Assembly (NCBI GenBank): GCA_963742735.1
Contig: CAVUMN010000004.1
Location: forward strand, 864,001 to 928,000
Origin: an uncultured Actinomycetes bacterium
GTDB taxonomy: Bacteria > Actinomycetota > UBA4738 > JBBDTT01
Reading direction: 5' to 3'
Length of the DNA: 64,000 nucleotides
Shown here: one piece after another, positions 27,829-37,056 of the stretch
Layout of the letters: every line of letters starts with the position of its first letter
Numbering within the stretch: position 1 is the stretch's first letter
The notes under the pieces: generated by a model
Databases searched by the model: none
What the model was told of the DNA's origin: nothing
Seen by the model: only the letters and a program-made list of their open reading frames with translations
Made by a program: the position numbers and the translations under genes

Positions 27829-29117
27829 TCGTCCACCACCCTGGCAGGCTTGTACGCCGGACGGGGGAGGGCGCCGGTCTCCACCAGGTCGACCTCGGCC
27901 GGGACGCCCAGACGCTCCTCCAGCAGCCCGGTCACCCGCGCCCGCAGCGTCGCGTTCGGATCCCGCGTCTCGACGCGCACCCGCAGCGCCGACGTGTCGG
28001 GCGAGCGGACCATCTGGAACTCCAGGGCCGGCCGGGTCACCTCCTCGACGTCGTCCAGGGCCTCGGAGACGTCGATCGGCAGCAGGTCGCGGTCGGCGGC
28101 GCGAACCAGGTCCGCGGCGCGGCCGTCCCAGAACCCGCGGGCGTGGGTCTCGCCGCACGGGCACGGCGAGCGGTCCAGGCGGACGACGTCCTGCAGGTCG
28201 TAGCGGAGCATGAAGTTGTCCTTGGTCAGCGTGGTGACGACCTCGGTGCCGCGCTCGCCCTCGCCGACCGGCTCGCCAGTGGCGGGGTCGACGACCTCGA
28301 CGATGGCCTCGTCCTCGCACAGGTGGGAGCCCTGGGAGTGGCCGCAGGAGGACCCCAGGAACGCGAAGCACTCGATGCCGGCCGAGAACGTCCGCCACGG
28401 GATGACCTCCTCGGGCTCGGGCATGCCGAGGTCCTCCCGTGGGTCGAGGCCCATCTCGATGGCGGTGTCCCAGAACAGGTGCCGGGGCGGTCCGAACATC
28501 TCGTAGCCGGTCGGGCGGAGCTCCTTCCACAGGGCGATCGCCCGCTCGGCGTCGGCCTTCGACACGGGCGGGCCGACCGCGACGTTCAGCGCGCCGAACG
28601 CCTCGAGGGCCCCGCCCAGCAGGGCCTGTCCGCCGTACAGGCCGCCCGGGTGGGCATGGGTGATGACGTCACCCGGGCGGTACCCCTGCCGCCAGAACAT
28701 GCGGGCGGCCGCGTCGTGCTCGACGTCGAGGTCGTGCCGGGTGAACAGCATGATCGTGGGCCGGCCCGTGGTTCCGGTGGACGTACCCAGGCGGATGCAC
28801 TGCTCCAGGGGCGCGCCGCGGTAGTCGCCAAGCGGCGGGTTGGCGGCCTCGGACTCGCGCAGCTCGGCCTTGGTGGTGGTCGGCACGCGGCGGAGGTCGT
28901 CGAGGGTCTTCACGTCGTCGGGCCCGACGCCGGCCGCCTCGAGCTTGCGCTTGAAGAACGGGACCGGCTGGTCGAACACGCGGGCCACCAGGTCGCGCAG
29001 CCGGAACTCCTGGGTCGCCACGATCTCCTCGCGGGAGAGCGTCTGGATCTCCGGCCGGTAGAAGTCGCCGGGCGCCGAGATGCCGGCGCCCCAGCCGCGG
29101 TCGGCCGGTCCGCTCAC
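27825..29117 (-). CDS. Phenylacetate-CoA ligase family protein
   Basis: TSTGTTGRP, RYDLQD, CPCG, YKPARVVD. Confidence 0.88.
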   Translation of the reverse strand: MSGPADRGWGAGISAPGDFYRPEIQTLSREEIVATQEFRLRDLVARVFDQPVPFFKRKLEAAGVGPDDVKTLDDLRRVPTTTKAELRESEAANPPLGDYRGAPLEQCIRLGTSTGTTGRPTIMLFTRHDLDVEHDAAARMFWRQGYRPGDVITHAHPGGLYGGQALLGGALEAFGALNVAVGPPVSKADAERAIALWKELRPTGYEMFGPPRHLFWDTAIEMGLDPREDLGMPEPEEVIPWRTFSAGIECFAFLGSSCGHSQGSHLCEDEAIVEVVDPATGEPVGEGERGTEVVTTLTKDNFMLRYDLQDVVRLDRSPCPCGETHARGFWDGRAADLVRAADRDLLPIDVSEALDDVEEVTRPALEFQMVRSPDTSALRVRVETRDPNATLRARVTGLLEERLGVPAEVDLVETGALPRPAYKPARVVDE

Positions 29118-29124
29118 CCCCCGC

Positions 29125-29562
29125 TCATCCCCGGCTGGGGAGCGCGGCGGTCGCCGTCCCGGTCAGGATGACCTCGTCCTTCTGGTTGGTGACGGCGAGC
29201 TCACAGTCGACGCGGGCCTCGTCGTCGTCCTTGTACTTCTTGGTGACCTTCGCGCCGAACGTGAGGGTGTCGCCCGGGTAGACCTGGCCCTTGAACCGAA
29301 CGCCGTACGCGCGCAGGTTCCCGACGCCGAGCCAGTCGGTCAGGTAGTGGGAGAGCACTCCGGCCGTGAACATGCCGTGGCCGAACACGCTCGGGTAGCC
29401 GACCTTCGTGGCCACGGTGTCGTCGTGGTGCATCGGGTTGAAGTCCCCCGACGCGCCCGCGTACTTCACGAACATCGTTCGGGTGACGCCGTCGACCTTG
29501 AACTCCGGCCCCGCGTCGCCCTCCTCCACGTCCTCGAAATGGGTCTCGCTGCGCTCGTGCAT
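29125..29562 (-). CDS. MaoC-type (R)-hydratase, catalytic subunit
   Basis: YAGASGDFNPMHHD...GHGM. Confidence 0.92.
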   Translation of the reverse strand: MHERSETHFEDVEEGDAGPEFKVDGVTRTMFVKYAGASGDFNPMHHDDTVATKVGYPSVFGHGMFTAGVLSHYLTDWLGVGNLRAYGVRFKGQVYPGDTLTFGAKVTKKYKDDDEARVDCELAVTNQKDEVILTGTATAALPSRG

Positions 29563-29571
29563 CGTGGGCTC

Positions 29572-30009
29572 CTAACTGGCGGCCTTGGCCGTCTCGACGA
29601 GGACGTTGCGGGATACCAGGGCCACGTCGCCGTCCTGGTTGACCCACTCCGTCTCCAGCACCAGGAAGGTCATGGTCCCGCCGCGCTTGCCCTCCTTCTC
29701 GTACACGTCGGCGACCTTCGTCGTGCCGGTGATCGTGTCGCCCGCCTTGATCGGAAGCCGGTACTCGAAGTGCTGCTCGCCGTGGAGGACCCGCAGGTAG
29801 TTGAGGCCCAGGTCCGGCGGCGGCCCGTCGGACTTCCGCGGCCAGAACGCCTGGGTCATCGCGAAGGTCGGCGGCGCGAGCGGCGCGGCGTCCTCCAGGT
29901 ACGCGGGATTGTCGTCCAGGATCGCCGTGGCGAACTCGCGGATCTTCCCCCGCTCGATGGGAACGGTCGTGCTGCCGGTGACGGTCCCCACCATCGACTT
30001 GTCGGCCAT
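29572..30009 (-). CDS. MaoC dehydratase N-terminal-type (HadA-like) partner
   Basis: ERGKIREFA, APPTF, LHGEQHFEY. Confidence 0.9.
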   Translation of the reverse strand: MADKSMVGTVTGSTTVPIERGKIREFATAILDDNPAYLEDAAPLAPPTFAMTQAFWPRKSDGPPPDLGLNYLRVLHGEQHFEYRLPIKAGDTITGTTKVADVYEKEGKRGGTMTFLVLETEWVNQDGDVALVSRNVLVETAKAAS

Positions 30010-30073
30010 GCTGCCTCCCTCGAAGATGACTGCCGCCGGAGTCTAACGAGCAACTACTGGAGGCCGAACCCCC

Positions 30074-30868
30074 ATGCCGATCGAGGTCGAGAAGGACGGC
30101 GGCATCACGACGATCACCATCAACCGCCCCGAGCGGCGGAACGCGCTCGACCTTCCGCACTTCGGGGCCCTCGCCAACGCGTGGGTGGAGTTCCGCGACG
30201 ATCCCAGCGCGCGCGTGGCGATCGTCACCGGCGTCGGCGATTCATTCTGCGTGGGCGCAGACCTGAAGAGCTTCGTCCCCATGGTGACGGACAACGTGGA
30301 GGCGCTGGCGTCGGGGACGTCGGATATTCCGGCCGACGCGGGGCTTGTCGCGGTGCTTCGCGAATTCGACCTCTTCAAGCCGGTGATCGCCGCGGTGAAC
30401 GGCGTCTGCGCGGCGGGCGGCATGGAGATGCTGATGGGGACCGACATCCGCGTCGCGTCGGAGAACGCCACGTTCGGGGTGGTCGAGCCCCGGCGCGGGC
30501 TGTTCCCCGGTGGAGGGACGACCGTCAGGCTCCCACGGCAGATCCCGTACCCGTGGGCCATGGAGATCCTGCTCACCGCGGAGCGCGTCGACGCGGAGAC
30601 GGCCTTCCGGATGGGCATCGTGAACAAAGTCGTCGGGACCGGCGAGCTGCTGGCGGAGGCCCGCCGCTACGCCGAGGTCATCCTCGAGAACGCACCGTTG
30701 GCCATCGAGGCCGTGAAGCGCTCGGTGATGACCGCCCTCGGGTTGCCCCTCAAGGAGGCGTTCGCGCAGGAGCTCGAGCTGGCAGCTCAAGTGTTCATGA
30801 CCGAGGACGCCCGGGAGGGACCGCTGGCCTTCGCGGAGAAGCGAAAGCCGCAATGGCAGGGCAAGTAA
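30074..30868 (+). CDS. Enoyl-CoA hydratase (EchA19-like)
   Basis: AGGMEMLMGTDIR and FGVVEPRRGLFPGGG (both catalytic Glu present). Confidence 0.88.
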   Translation: MPIEVEKDGGITTITINRPERRNALDLPHFGALANAWVEFRDDPSARVAIVTGVGDSFCVGADLKSFVPMVTDNVEALASGTSDIPADAGLVAVLREFDLFKPVIAAVNGVCAAGGMEMLMGTDIRVASENATFGVVEPRRGLFPGGGTTVRLPRQIPYPWAMEILLTAERVDAETAFRMGIVNKVVGTGELLAEARRYAEVILENAPLAIEAVKRSVMTALGLPLKEAFAQELELAAQVFMTEDAREGPLAFAEKRKPQWQGK

Positions 30869-32550
30869 TCCCCGGCGGACCCCTTCGGCTCAACTACTTC
30901 ACGCCCTCCTGGGCGGAGCGGCGGCGCACCTTCATCACCGAGCGGAGCCGCCTCAACTACGCGACGTTCGTCGATCGCTTCGTCGAGCTGTGGGGGGAGC
31001 GGACCGCGTTCGCCCTGGACCACGTCATGGACTACCCGGGCTTCACCGGCGACGTCCTGTCCTACCGGGACCTCGGGCGCCTGGTGAACCGGATGGCGCA
31101 CGCCCTGCGCGAGCTCGGGGTGAAGCGCGGCGACCGGGTCGGCCTGATCACCATGAACCGCATCGAGATGGCGTTCGTGAACTTCGCGGCCGGCAAGCTC
31201 GGCGCGATCCCCGTCCCGATGAACTTCATGCTCAAGCCGAACGAGATCGAGCACATCGTGCAGACGGCCGGGGTCGAGGTGCTGGTCTGCGACCCACTGG
31301 TGTTTGCGATGACCATTCAGCAGACCGCGAACGTCCCGAGCGTGAAGACGTGGGCGATGGTGGGCGAGGAGCCGGCGCCCGAGGGCGTCGTCGCCATCCG
31401 CGACCTGATGGAAGGAGCCCCCGACTTCGTCGAACCCGTCGAGCCCGAGTCGGAGGAGGACGTCGCGTTGCTGTTCTTCACCAGCGGGACGACCGGGTTC
31501 CCGAAGGGCGCGATGATCACGCACGCCGGTTCGATGGTGTTCCCGCGCCAGCACGGCCGGGCGTACGCGCTGAGCCCCAGGGTCTCGAAGCAGCTCTCGC
31601 TGCTGGTGATGCCCGTCGCCCACGCCGGCGGCTACGCCGCGATGATGGCGCAGCTGACCACGGGCACCCCGGCGTTCTTCGTGTCGAAGTTCGACCCGGC
31701 GGGGATCCTGGAGGCGGTCCAGACCTACCGCGCCACATTGATGTCGGGCACGCCCGCCATGTACCGCATGCTCATCGACGCCGGCATCGAGAACTACGAC
31801 CTGAGCTCGATCCGGATCTGGGCCGGCGGCGCCGACGCGTTCACCGACGATCTGATCCGCACCATGCGCTCGCTGGCGGCGCGCACGCTGCCGAACGGCC
31901 GGGTCCGCCGGCCGCTGTTCGTCCGCGGCTACGGGATGGCCGAGAGCAACTCGTACCTGGCGCAGGCGTTGCTCGAGGCGGGCGACAACTGCCTGGGCTG
32001 GGTGCTGCCGCCGGTGAAGCACCGGATCGTGGGCGAGGACGGCAAGGACGTGGCCCGGGGCGAGGCGGGCGAGCTGTGGGTGCGGGGTCCGAACGTCACG
32101 AAGGGCTACTGGAACGACCCGGTCGCGACCGAGCAGGCCATCCGCGGCCCGTGGTTCCGGACCGGCGACGTCGTGCGGCAGGGCAAGTGGCGGATGCTCT
32201 ACTTCGTCGACCGGCAGAAGGACGTCATCAAATCCGGCGGCTACAAGATCTCCGCCGCCGAGATCGACCAGGCCCTGTGCCAGCACCCCGACGTGGAGCA
32301 CGCCGCCACCGTGGGTATCCCCGACGCGGTGAAGGGCGAGCGCCCGATGGCCGCGGTGGTCCTGGCGCCGGGCGGGCAGGCGACGGGGGAGGAGATCCTG
32401 GAGTGGGCCCGCGAGCGCCTCGCCGCCTACAAGTGCCCCCGGCGGATCTTCGTGATGCCGGACCTGCCGTTCACCTTCAGCATCAAGCCCAAGCACCACG
32501 AGGTCCGCGAGCGGATCCTCGCCCTGCTGGACGCCGAAGCCGCTCGGTGA
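30853..32550 (+). CDS. Long-chain acyl-CoA synthetase (FadD family)
   Basis: FTSGTTGFPKG, GYGMAE, RTGD, DRQKDVIKSGG; start position approximate. Confidence 0.9.
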   Translation: MAGQVIPGGPLRLNYFTPSWAERRRTFITERSRLNYATFVDRFVELWGERTAFALDHVMDYPGFTGDVLSYRDLGRLVNRMAHALRELGVKRGDRVGLITMNRIEMAFVNFAAGKLGAIPVPMNFMLKPNEIEHIVQTAGVEVLVCDPLVFAMTIQQTANVPSVKTWAMVGEEPAPEGVVAIRDLMEGAPDFVEPVEPESEEDVALLFFTSGTTGFPKGAMITHAGSMVFPRQHGRAYALSPRVSKQLSLLVMPVAHAGGYAAMMAQLTTGTPAFFVSKFDPAGILEAVQTYRATLMSGTPAMYRMLIDAGIENYDLSSIRIWAGGADAFTDDLIRTMRSLAARTLPNGRVRRPLFVRGYGMAESNSYLAQALLEAGDNCLGWVLPPVKHRIVGEDGKDVARGEAGELWVRGPNVTKGYWNDPVATEQAIRGPWFRTGDVVRQGKWRMLYFVDRQKDVIKSGGYKISAAEIDQALCQHPDVEHAATVGIPDAVKGERPMAAVVLAPGGQATGEEILEWARERLAAYKCPRRIFVMPDLPFTFSIKPKHHEVRERILALLDAEAAR

Positions 32551-33164
32551 CGCTCGAGCTGCCGCGCGGGTCCACGGGGATGCTCGTGATCGAGCTCCAG
32601 AACGACCTGGTGCACGCCTCGCTCACCGAGCGCCGAGGGCTGGCCGGGGCCCTGGCCCGGGCCGTCCGCGATCGGGGAGTGCTTCCCCGGCTGGCCGGCC
32701 TGCTCGACGCGTGCCGCGCTGCCGACGTTCCGGTCCTGTACGCGATCAAGGAACGGGAGCCGGGCCGGGAGCAGCCCGACACCGCGCCGATCTACCGGAT
32801 GTCGGGGGAGGAGCCGATCCTGGTCACGGGGACGTGGGGCGCCCAGGTCGTGGACGAGGTCGCGCCCCGCGACGGCGACGTGGTCCTGCCGCGACTCGAG
32901 TCGATCGACCCCTCCCACGGCTCGGACCTGTGGCCCACGGCCGACCGGCTGGGGTTGACCACCCTGGTGATGGCGGGGATCTCGACGACGCTGGCGGTCG
33001 AGGGGGCCGTTCGCGGGGCGGCCAATCGTGGACTGCGCGCCGTCGTCGTCGAGGACTGCTGCGCGAGCGTCCCCGAGGAATGGCACCGGTTCTCCGCCGA
33101 CAACGTCCTGCCGCTCCTGGCCGACGTCGTCTCCGCCGAGGACGTGATCGGAGCCCTGGCGTGA
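32547..33164 (+). CDS. Isochorismatase/cysteine-hydrolase fold protein with a degenerate triad
   Basis: LVIELQND, GTWGAQVVD, AGISTTLAVEGAVRGA, VVEDCC. Confidence 0.82.
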   Translation: MTLELPRGSTGMLVIELQNDLVHASLTERRGLAGALARAVRDRGVLPRLAGLLDACRAADVPVLYAIKEREPGREQPDTAPIYRMSGEEPILVTGTWGAQVVDEVAPRDGDVVLPRLESIDPSHGSDLWPTADRLGLTTLVMAGISTTLAVEGAVRGAANRGLRAVVVEDCCASVPEEWHRFSADNVLPLLADVVSAEDVIGALA

Positions 33165-34033
33165 CGAGGTTCGTGGTCAGCCTGCCGATCCGCCGGGGGG
33201 ACGAGGGCTTCGAGGATCCCTCGACGCTGGCGGAGCTGGTCGGTGCGGCCGAGGCGGCGGGGTTCTGGGGGGTGACCGCCCCGGACCACGTGGTGGCGCC
33301 GGACGCCTGGGCCGCGGCGGGCGGCGGCGAACGGTGGTTCGACCCGTTCGTGCTGTTGGGGTTCCTCGCGGCACGGACGTCCTCGATCCGCCTGATCACC
33401 CACATCATCGTGCTGCCGTACCGGAGCCCCTTCTCCGTGGCCAAGGCGGTGGCGTCGCTCGACCGCCTCTCCGGCGGACGCGCCGTTTTCGGCGCGGGGG
33501 CGGGATACCTGAAAGAAGAGTTCGAGATTCTCGGCGTGCCGTTCGAGGACCGCGGCGCCCGCACCGACGAGTATCTGCGCGCGATCGAGGTCTGCTGGAC
33601 GCAGGAGCGGCCGGAGTTCTCCGGGGAGTTCGCGTCGATCCACCGGGCGGCCCTGGACCCGAAGCCCGTCCAGACCCCGCGACCCCCGATCTGGATCGGC
33701 GGCAACAGCCTGCGGGCGGTGCGCCGGACGGTGGAGCTGGGGGACTGCTGGACGCCGTTCGTCGCCGAGCCGGAGGACGTGCGGGCCGGGCTGGCCCACG
33801 CCGAGGGCCTCGGACGGCGGGTGGAGGCCGCGGCGCCGCTCGGCCGGGTGCAGGCGGAGGCGCCCGAGCGCGATGGAGGCGTCTGGGGCGACGCCGTCTC
33901 GCCCCGCGTTCGCGAGTACCTCGATGCCGGCGCCGGCTACGTGAAGGCCGGGTTCGGCGGGCGGGATCCCGGCGCGTGGCTTGCCAACCTGCGGTGGTTC
34001 GCCGCGGAGGTCATGCCGGCGTTTCGGGGATGA
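33161..34033 (+). CDS. LLM-class F420-dependent oxidoreductase (Rv2161c-type)
   Basis: PDHVVAP, DPFVLL, AKAVASLDRLSGGR, PKPVQTPRPPIWIGGNS. Confidence 0.88.
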   Translation: MTRFVVSLPIRRGDEGFEDPSTLAELVGAAEAAGFWGVTAPDHVVAPDAWAAAGGGERWFDPFVLLGFLAARTSSIRLITHIIVLPYRSPFSVAKAVASLDRLSGGRAVFGAGAGYLKEEFEILGVPFEDRGARTDEYLRAIEVCWTQERPEFSGEFASIHRAALDPKPVQTPRPPIWIGGNSLRAVRRTVELGDCWTPFVAEPEDVRAGLAHAEGLGRRVEAAAPLGRVQAEAPERDGGVWGDAVSPRVREYLDAGAGYVKAGFGGRDPGAWLANLRWFAAEVMPAFRG

Positions 34034-34892
34034 ACCGGTCGACGTCCTCGGACAGGAACCCGCGCCGCTCCCCGGGAGTGCGCCACGCCGCGCGGACGCG
34101 CATGCCGATCCGAGCCTCGCTCGCGGGGACGCCGACCAGGTGGAGGAACGACGAGTCGGCGCCGTCGAGCTTCACGTGCCCGAGGACATAGGGGATCTCC
34201 ACCTCCTGTCCGGGGAAGGGGACGTTCACCACGACGTAGGTCTCGACGACCCCCTCGTCGGCGACGCGCTCCCAGCCCTCCGTGCGCTCCCAGCACCGGG
34301 GGCACGTCGGCCGCGGCGGCACGTAGACGCTTCGGCAGACCGGGCAGCGCACGCCGTGGATCTCGCCGGCGCGGAGCCCCTCGGCGAACCGGGTGAGCAG
34401 CCGTCCCGCCGAGAACCGGAACGGGAGCCGGAGGTCGGTGCGGATCGCCTCGACGGGCTCGCCGGCGGGCGGCCGCTCGGCGAGGACGCCGTCCGCGAGG
34501 ACGAACCGGTCGAGGTCCAGGATCGAGCCCGTCGGCGCGTCCGCCCACGCCGGGCGAACCCGCATCCCGCGGGCCAGGCCGGGGTCGCCCCGATGGATGA
34601 GGTCGGTGCCCGCGCCGTCGAGGCGCACGGCGACGAACGCGTGGAGACCGTCGACGACGGTGATCCCGGTGACGGTCCCTTCCGGCCCCACCTCGACCCA
34701 GTCGGCCAGACCGGATCCGCACGTCTCGCAGTGGTCGTTCGCGGGGATGACCACGCGGTCGCAGGACGGGCATCGCCGTCCCCAGATCACTCGGTCGCGC
34801 AGTCCGGCCAGGAACCGTCCCAGGGCGGGCCCGGTCGAGTGCCGGTACGGGAACGCGACCTCGAAGTCGACCCGGAGCGGCTCGGAGCTCAT
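34011..34892 (-). CDS. Tandem (double) DUF35 Zn-ribbon/OB-fold protein, Rv3521-like
   Basis: Two repeats: CPSC...CETC and CPVC...CPRC, each followed by LDGA. Confidence 0.88.
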   Translation of the reverse strand: MSSEPLRVDFEVAFPYRHSTGPALGRFLAGLRDRVIWGRRCPSCDRVVIPANDHCETCGSGLADWVEVGPEGTVTGITVVDGLHAFVAVRLDGAGTDLIHRGDPGLARGMRVRPAWADAPTGSILDLDRFVLADGVLAERPPAGEPVEAIRTDLRLPFRFSAGRLLTRFAEGLRAGEIHGVRCPVCRSVYVPPRPTCPRCWERTEGWERVADEGVVETYVVVNVPFPGQEVEIPYVLGHVKLDGADSSFLHLVGVPASEARIGMRVRAAWRTPGERRGFLSEDVDRFIPETPA

Positions 34893-36037
34893 GGCGCCTC
34901 CGATCCGAACGCCATCATCGCGAAGTAGTTCGAGGCGCCGCCGTAGGCGTGGCCGACGGCGAGCCGCGCCCCGTCGACCTGGCGGTCGCCGGCCCGGCCG
35001 CGGACCTGCTCGACCGCCTCGACCATCCGGAGCATCCCGGACGCCCCGATCGGGTTCGTGGACAGGACGCCGCCGCTCGGGTTCACCGGGAGGTCTCCGC
35101 CGAGCTCGGTGACGCCCTCGTCGAGGAGCCGCCACCCGTCGCCGGGCTCGCAGAACCCGAGGTTCTCGTACCACATGACCTCGATCCAGCTGAACGGCTC
35201 GTAGATCTCGGCGACGTCGAGGTCGCGGCGAGGATCGGTCACCCCGGCCTGCGCGTAGACGGCCTTCGCGCACGTCCTCCCGGCCGCAGGATCGAGCGCG
35301 TCGCGTCCGGGGAACCCCGCGGCCTCGGCCATCGCCGCCGCCCCCCGCACCCACGCGACGCTCGGACGTCCGGCCGCCGCGGCCTCGGTCCCGAACACCA
35401 TCGCCGCGGCCCCGTCCGAGGTCGGGCAGCTCTCGAGCCGCCGGATCGGGTCCCACAGCATGGGCGAGGCCGTGACCTCCTCGAGGGTGACGGGCTCGTG
35501 CAGATGGGCGAAGGGGTTGCGCGCGGCATTGCCTCGAGCCTTCACGGCGACCCGCGGTCCGATCTCCTGCGGCGCGCCGGACCGGTCGATGTACTGGCGG
35601 CAGTACGGGGCGAAGAACGCGCCGGCCCCGGCGCCGAACGCCCGGCCGAACGGATTGCGAGGGGACAGGCCCCACAGCGCGTCGCCCTCGGAGTGCTTCT
35701 CGAAGGCGACGGCCAGGATGCGATCGAAGAGCCCGGATCCGACGTGCGTCGCGGCGGACACGGCGGTCGAGCCCCCCACGCTCCCCGCGGTGTGGATTCG
35801 CAGCACCGGCTTGCCCACCGTGCCCACCGCGCCGGCCAGCCACTGCTCGGGCTGGGTCACGCCCTCGAAGAAGTCGGGGGCCGTCCCCACGACGACCGCG
35901 TCCACGTCGGCGTGCGTGAGGGATGCGTCCCCCAGGGCCCGGTCCACCGCCTCCCGGACGAGCCCGGACAGGCTCACGTCCGTCCGTGCCTTCGCGTGGT
36001 GGGTCTGCCCCACGCCGAGGACGGCGACTCGGTTCAC
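34889..36037 (-). CDS. ltp3: Ltp3-like thiolase-fold aldolase subunit
   Basis: APDFFEGV, HTAGSVGGST, CPTSDGA, YEPFSW, NPIGASGMLR, GHAYGG. Confidence 0.8.
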   Translation of the reverse strand: MNRVAVLGVGQTHHAKARTDVSLSGLVREAVDRALGDASLTHADVDAVVVGTAPDFFEGVTQPEQWLAGAVGTVGKPVLRIHTAGSVGGSTAVSAATHVGSGLFDRILAVAFEKHSEGDALWGLSPRNPFGRAFGAGAGAFFAPYCRQYIDRSGAPQEIGPRVAVKARGNAARNPFAHLHEPVTLEEVTASPMLWDPIRRLESCPTSDGAAAMVFGTEAAAAGRPSVAWVRGAAAMAEAAGFPGRDALDPAAGRTCAKAVYAQAGVTDPRRDLDVAEIYEPFSWIEVMWYENLGFCEPGDGWRLLDEGVTELGGDLPVNPSGGVLSTNPIGASGMLRMVEAVEQVRGRAGDRQVDGARLAVGHAYGGASNYFAMMAFGSEAP

Positions 36038-37050
36038 CGTCGGTCTCCCTCAAGCAGCCAGACCATCGACTGTTGGAGCGCGTGGCCGGCGGACGTGTGC
36101 GCCAGCCCACGGGAACCCGGGTGCTCCATCACCCGGCGGGCGGCCTCGGCGAGCCGGATGAGTCCGGTCGCGATCACCGGATCGGCCGCGAGCGGGCCGC
36201 CGGAGGGGTTCACATCCACGGCCCTTGCCGTGAGCCCGAGGGCCTCGAGGAGCAGCGGTTCCTGGTGGGCGAACGACGCGCCGACCTCGGCGACCTCGAC
36301 GTCCTCCCAGCCGGCAAGCTGCCGCGCCCGTGCGGCCGCGACCTCGGTGGCAGGAGAGCGGGACAGGTCGCGGTGGCCGAGGGCGCCGGACTCGGTGCGG
36401 TGGTCGGCGCCGGCGATCCACGCGCGAGGACGGTCGGACGGACCGGCCTCCTCCGCGGCCAGGACGATCGCGCAGGCCCCGTCGGCCGCTCTGGGGCAGT
36501 GGCGCACCCACAACGGCGACGCGACCGGCCGGTCGTCGTCGACCGCTGCCGCACCCGAGCGCTCCACGACCGCGTCCAGGTCCTCGAGCGTCGTTCCCGT
36601 CCGGGCCAGGAAGGCGTCCGCCTGCAGGGCGGCGGTGGTCACGTGGTCGAGCCCGAGCGGGGCCAGGACGAACGGGTCGAGCTGGCTGTTCGTGATGTCG
36701 CGGAGCGAGCTCTCGGAGGTCTTGCCCCACGCGACGACGAGCGCGCTGTCGGCCTCGCCCGACAGGATCTTCAGCCACGCGTAGTAGGCGGCCCACGCGC
36801 CGTCCATCTCGACGTGCGACTCGTTGACGGCCGGCCAGGTCCCGAGCGCCTCGAGCCCCTGGACGAAGTTGAACGAGCGGCCCTCGAGCATGTCGCTCGA
36901 CGCGGAGACCGTGAAGCCGATCTCGCGGCGGTCGAGCCCGCTCGCCTCGACGGCCGCCCGGCTGACCTCGAACGCCAGCTCCGGCGTCCCGGTCTCCGGG
37001 TCCGGCGCCAGGCCGCTCCGGGCCACGGCCAGAACCCCCACCCGCCGCAC
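36034..37050 (-). CDS. ltp4: Ltp4-like thiolase-fold subunit
   Basis: SSDMLEGRSFNFV, ESHVEMDGAWA, AHTSAGHALQQ. Confidence 0.8.
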   Translation of the reverse strand: MRRVGVLAVARSGLAPDPETGTPELAFEVSRAAVEASGLDRREIGFTVSASSDMLEGRSFNFVQGLEALGTWPAVNESHVEMDGAWAAYYAWLKILSGEADSALVVAWGKTSESSLRDITNSQLDPFVLAPLGLDHVTTAALQADAFLARTGTTLEDLDAVVERSGAAAVDDDRPVASPLWVRHCPRAADGACAIVLAAEEAGPSDRPRAWIAGADHRTESGALGHRDLSRSPATEVAAARARQLAGWEDVEVAEVGASFAHQEPLLLEALGLTARAVDVNPSGGPLAADPVIATGLIRLAEAARRVMEHPGSRGLAHTSAGHALQQSMVWLLEGDRR

Positions 37051-37056
37051 GACGCG

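Noticed and set aside
34011-34033. 23-bp convergent overlap of the LLM and DUF35 genes
   Set aside because: Short convergent 3' overlaps recur throughout this compact region (8493, 27016, 39307, 53404, 61937) and are not special.
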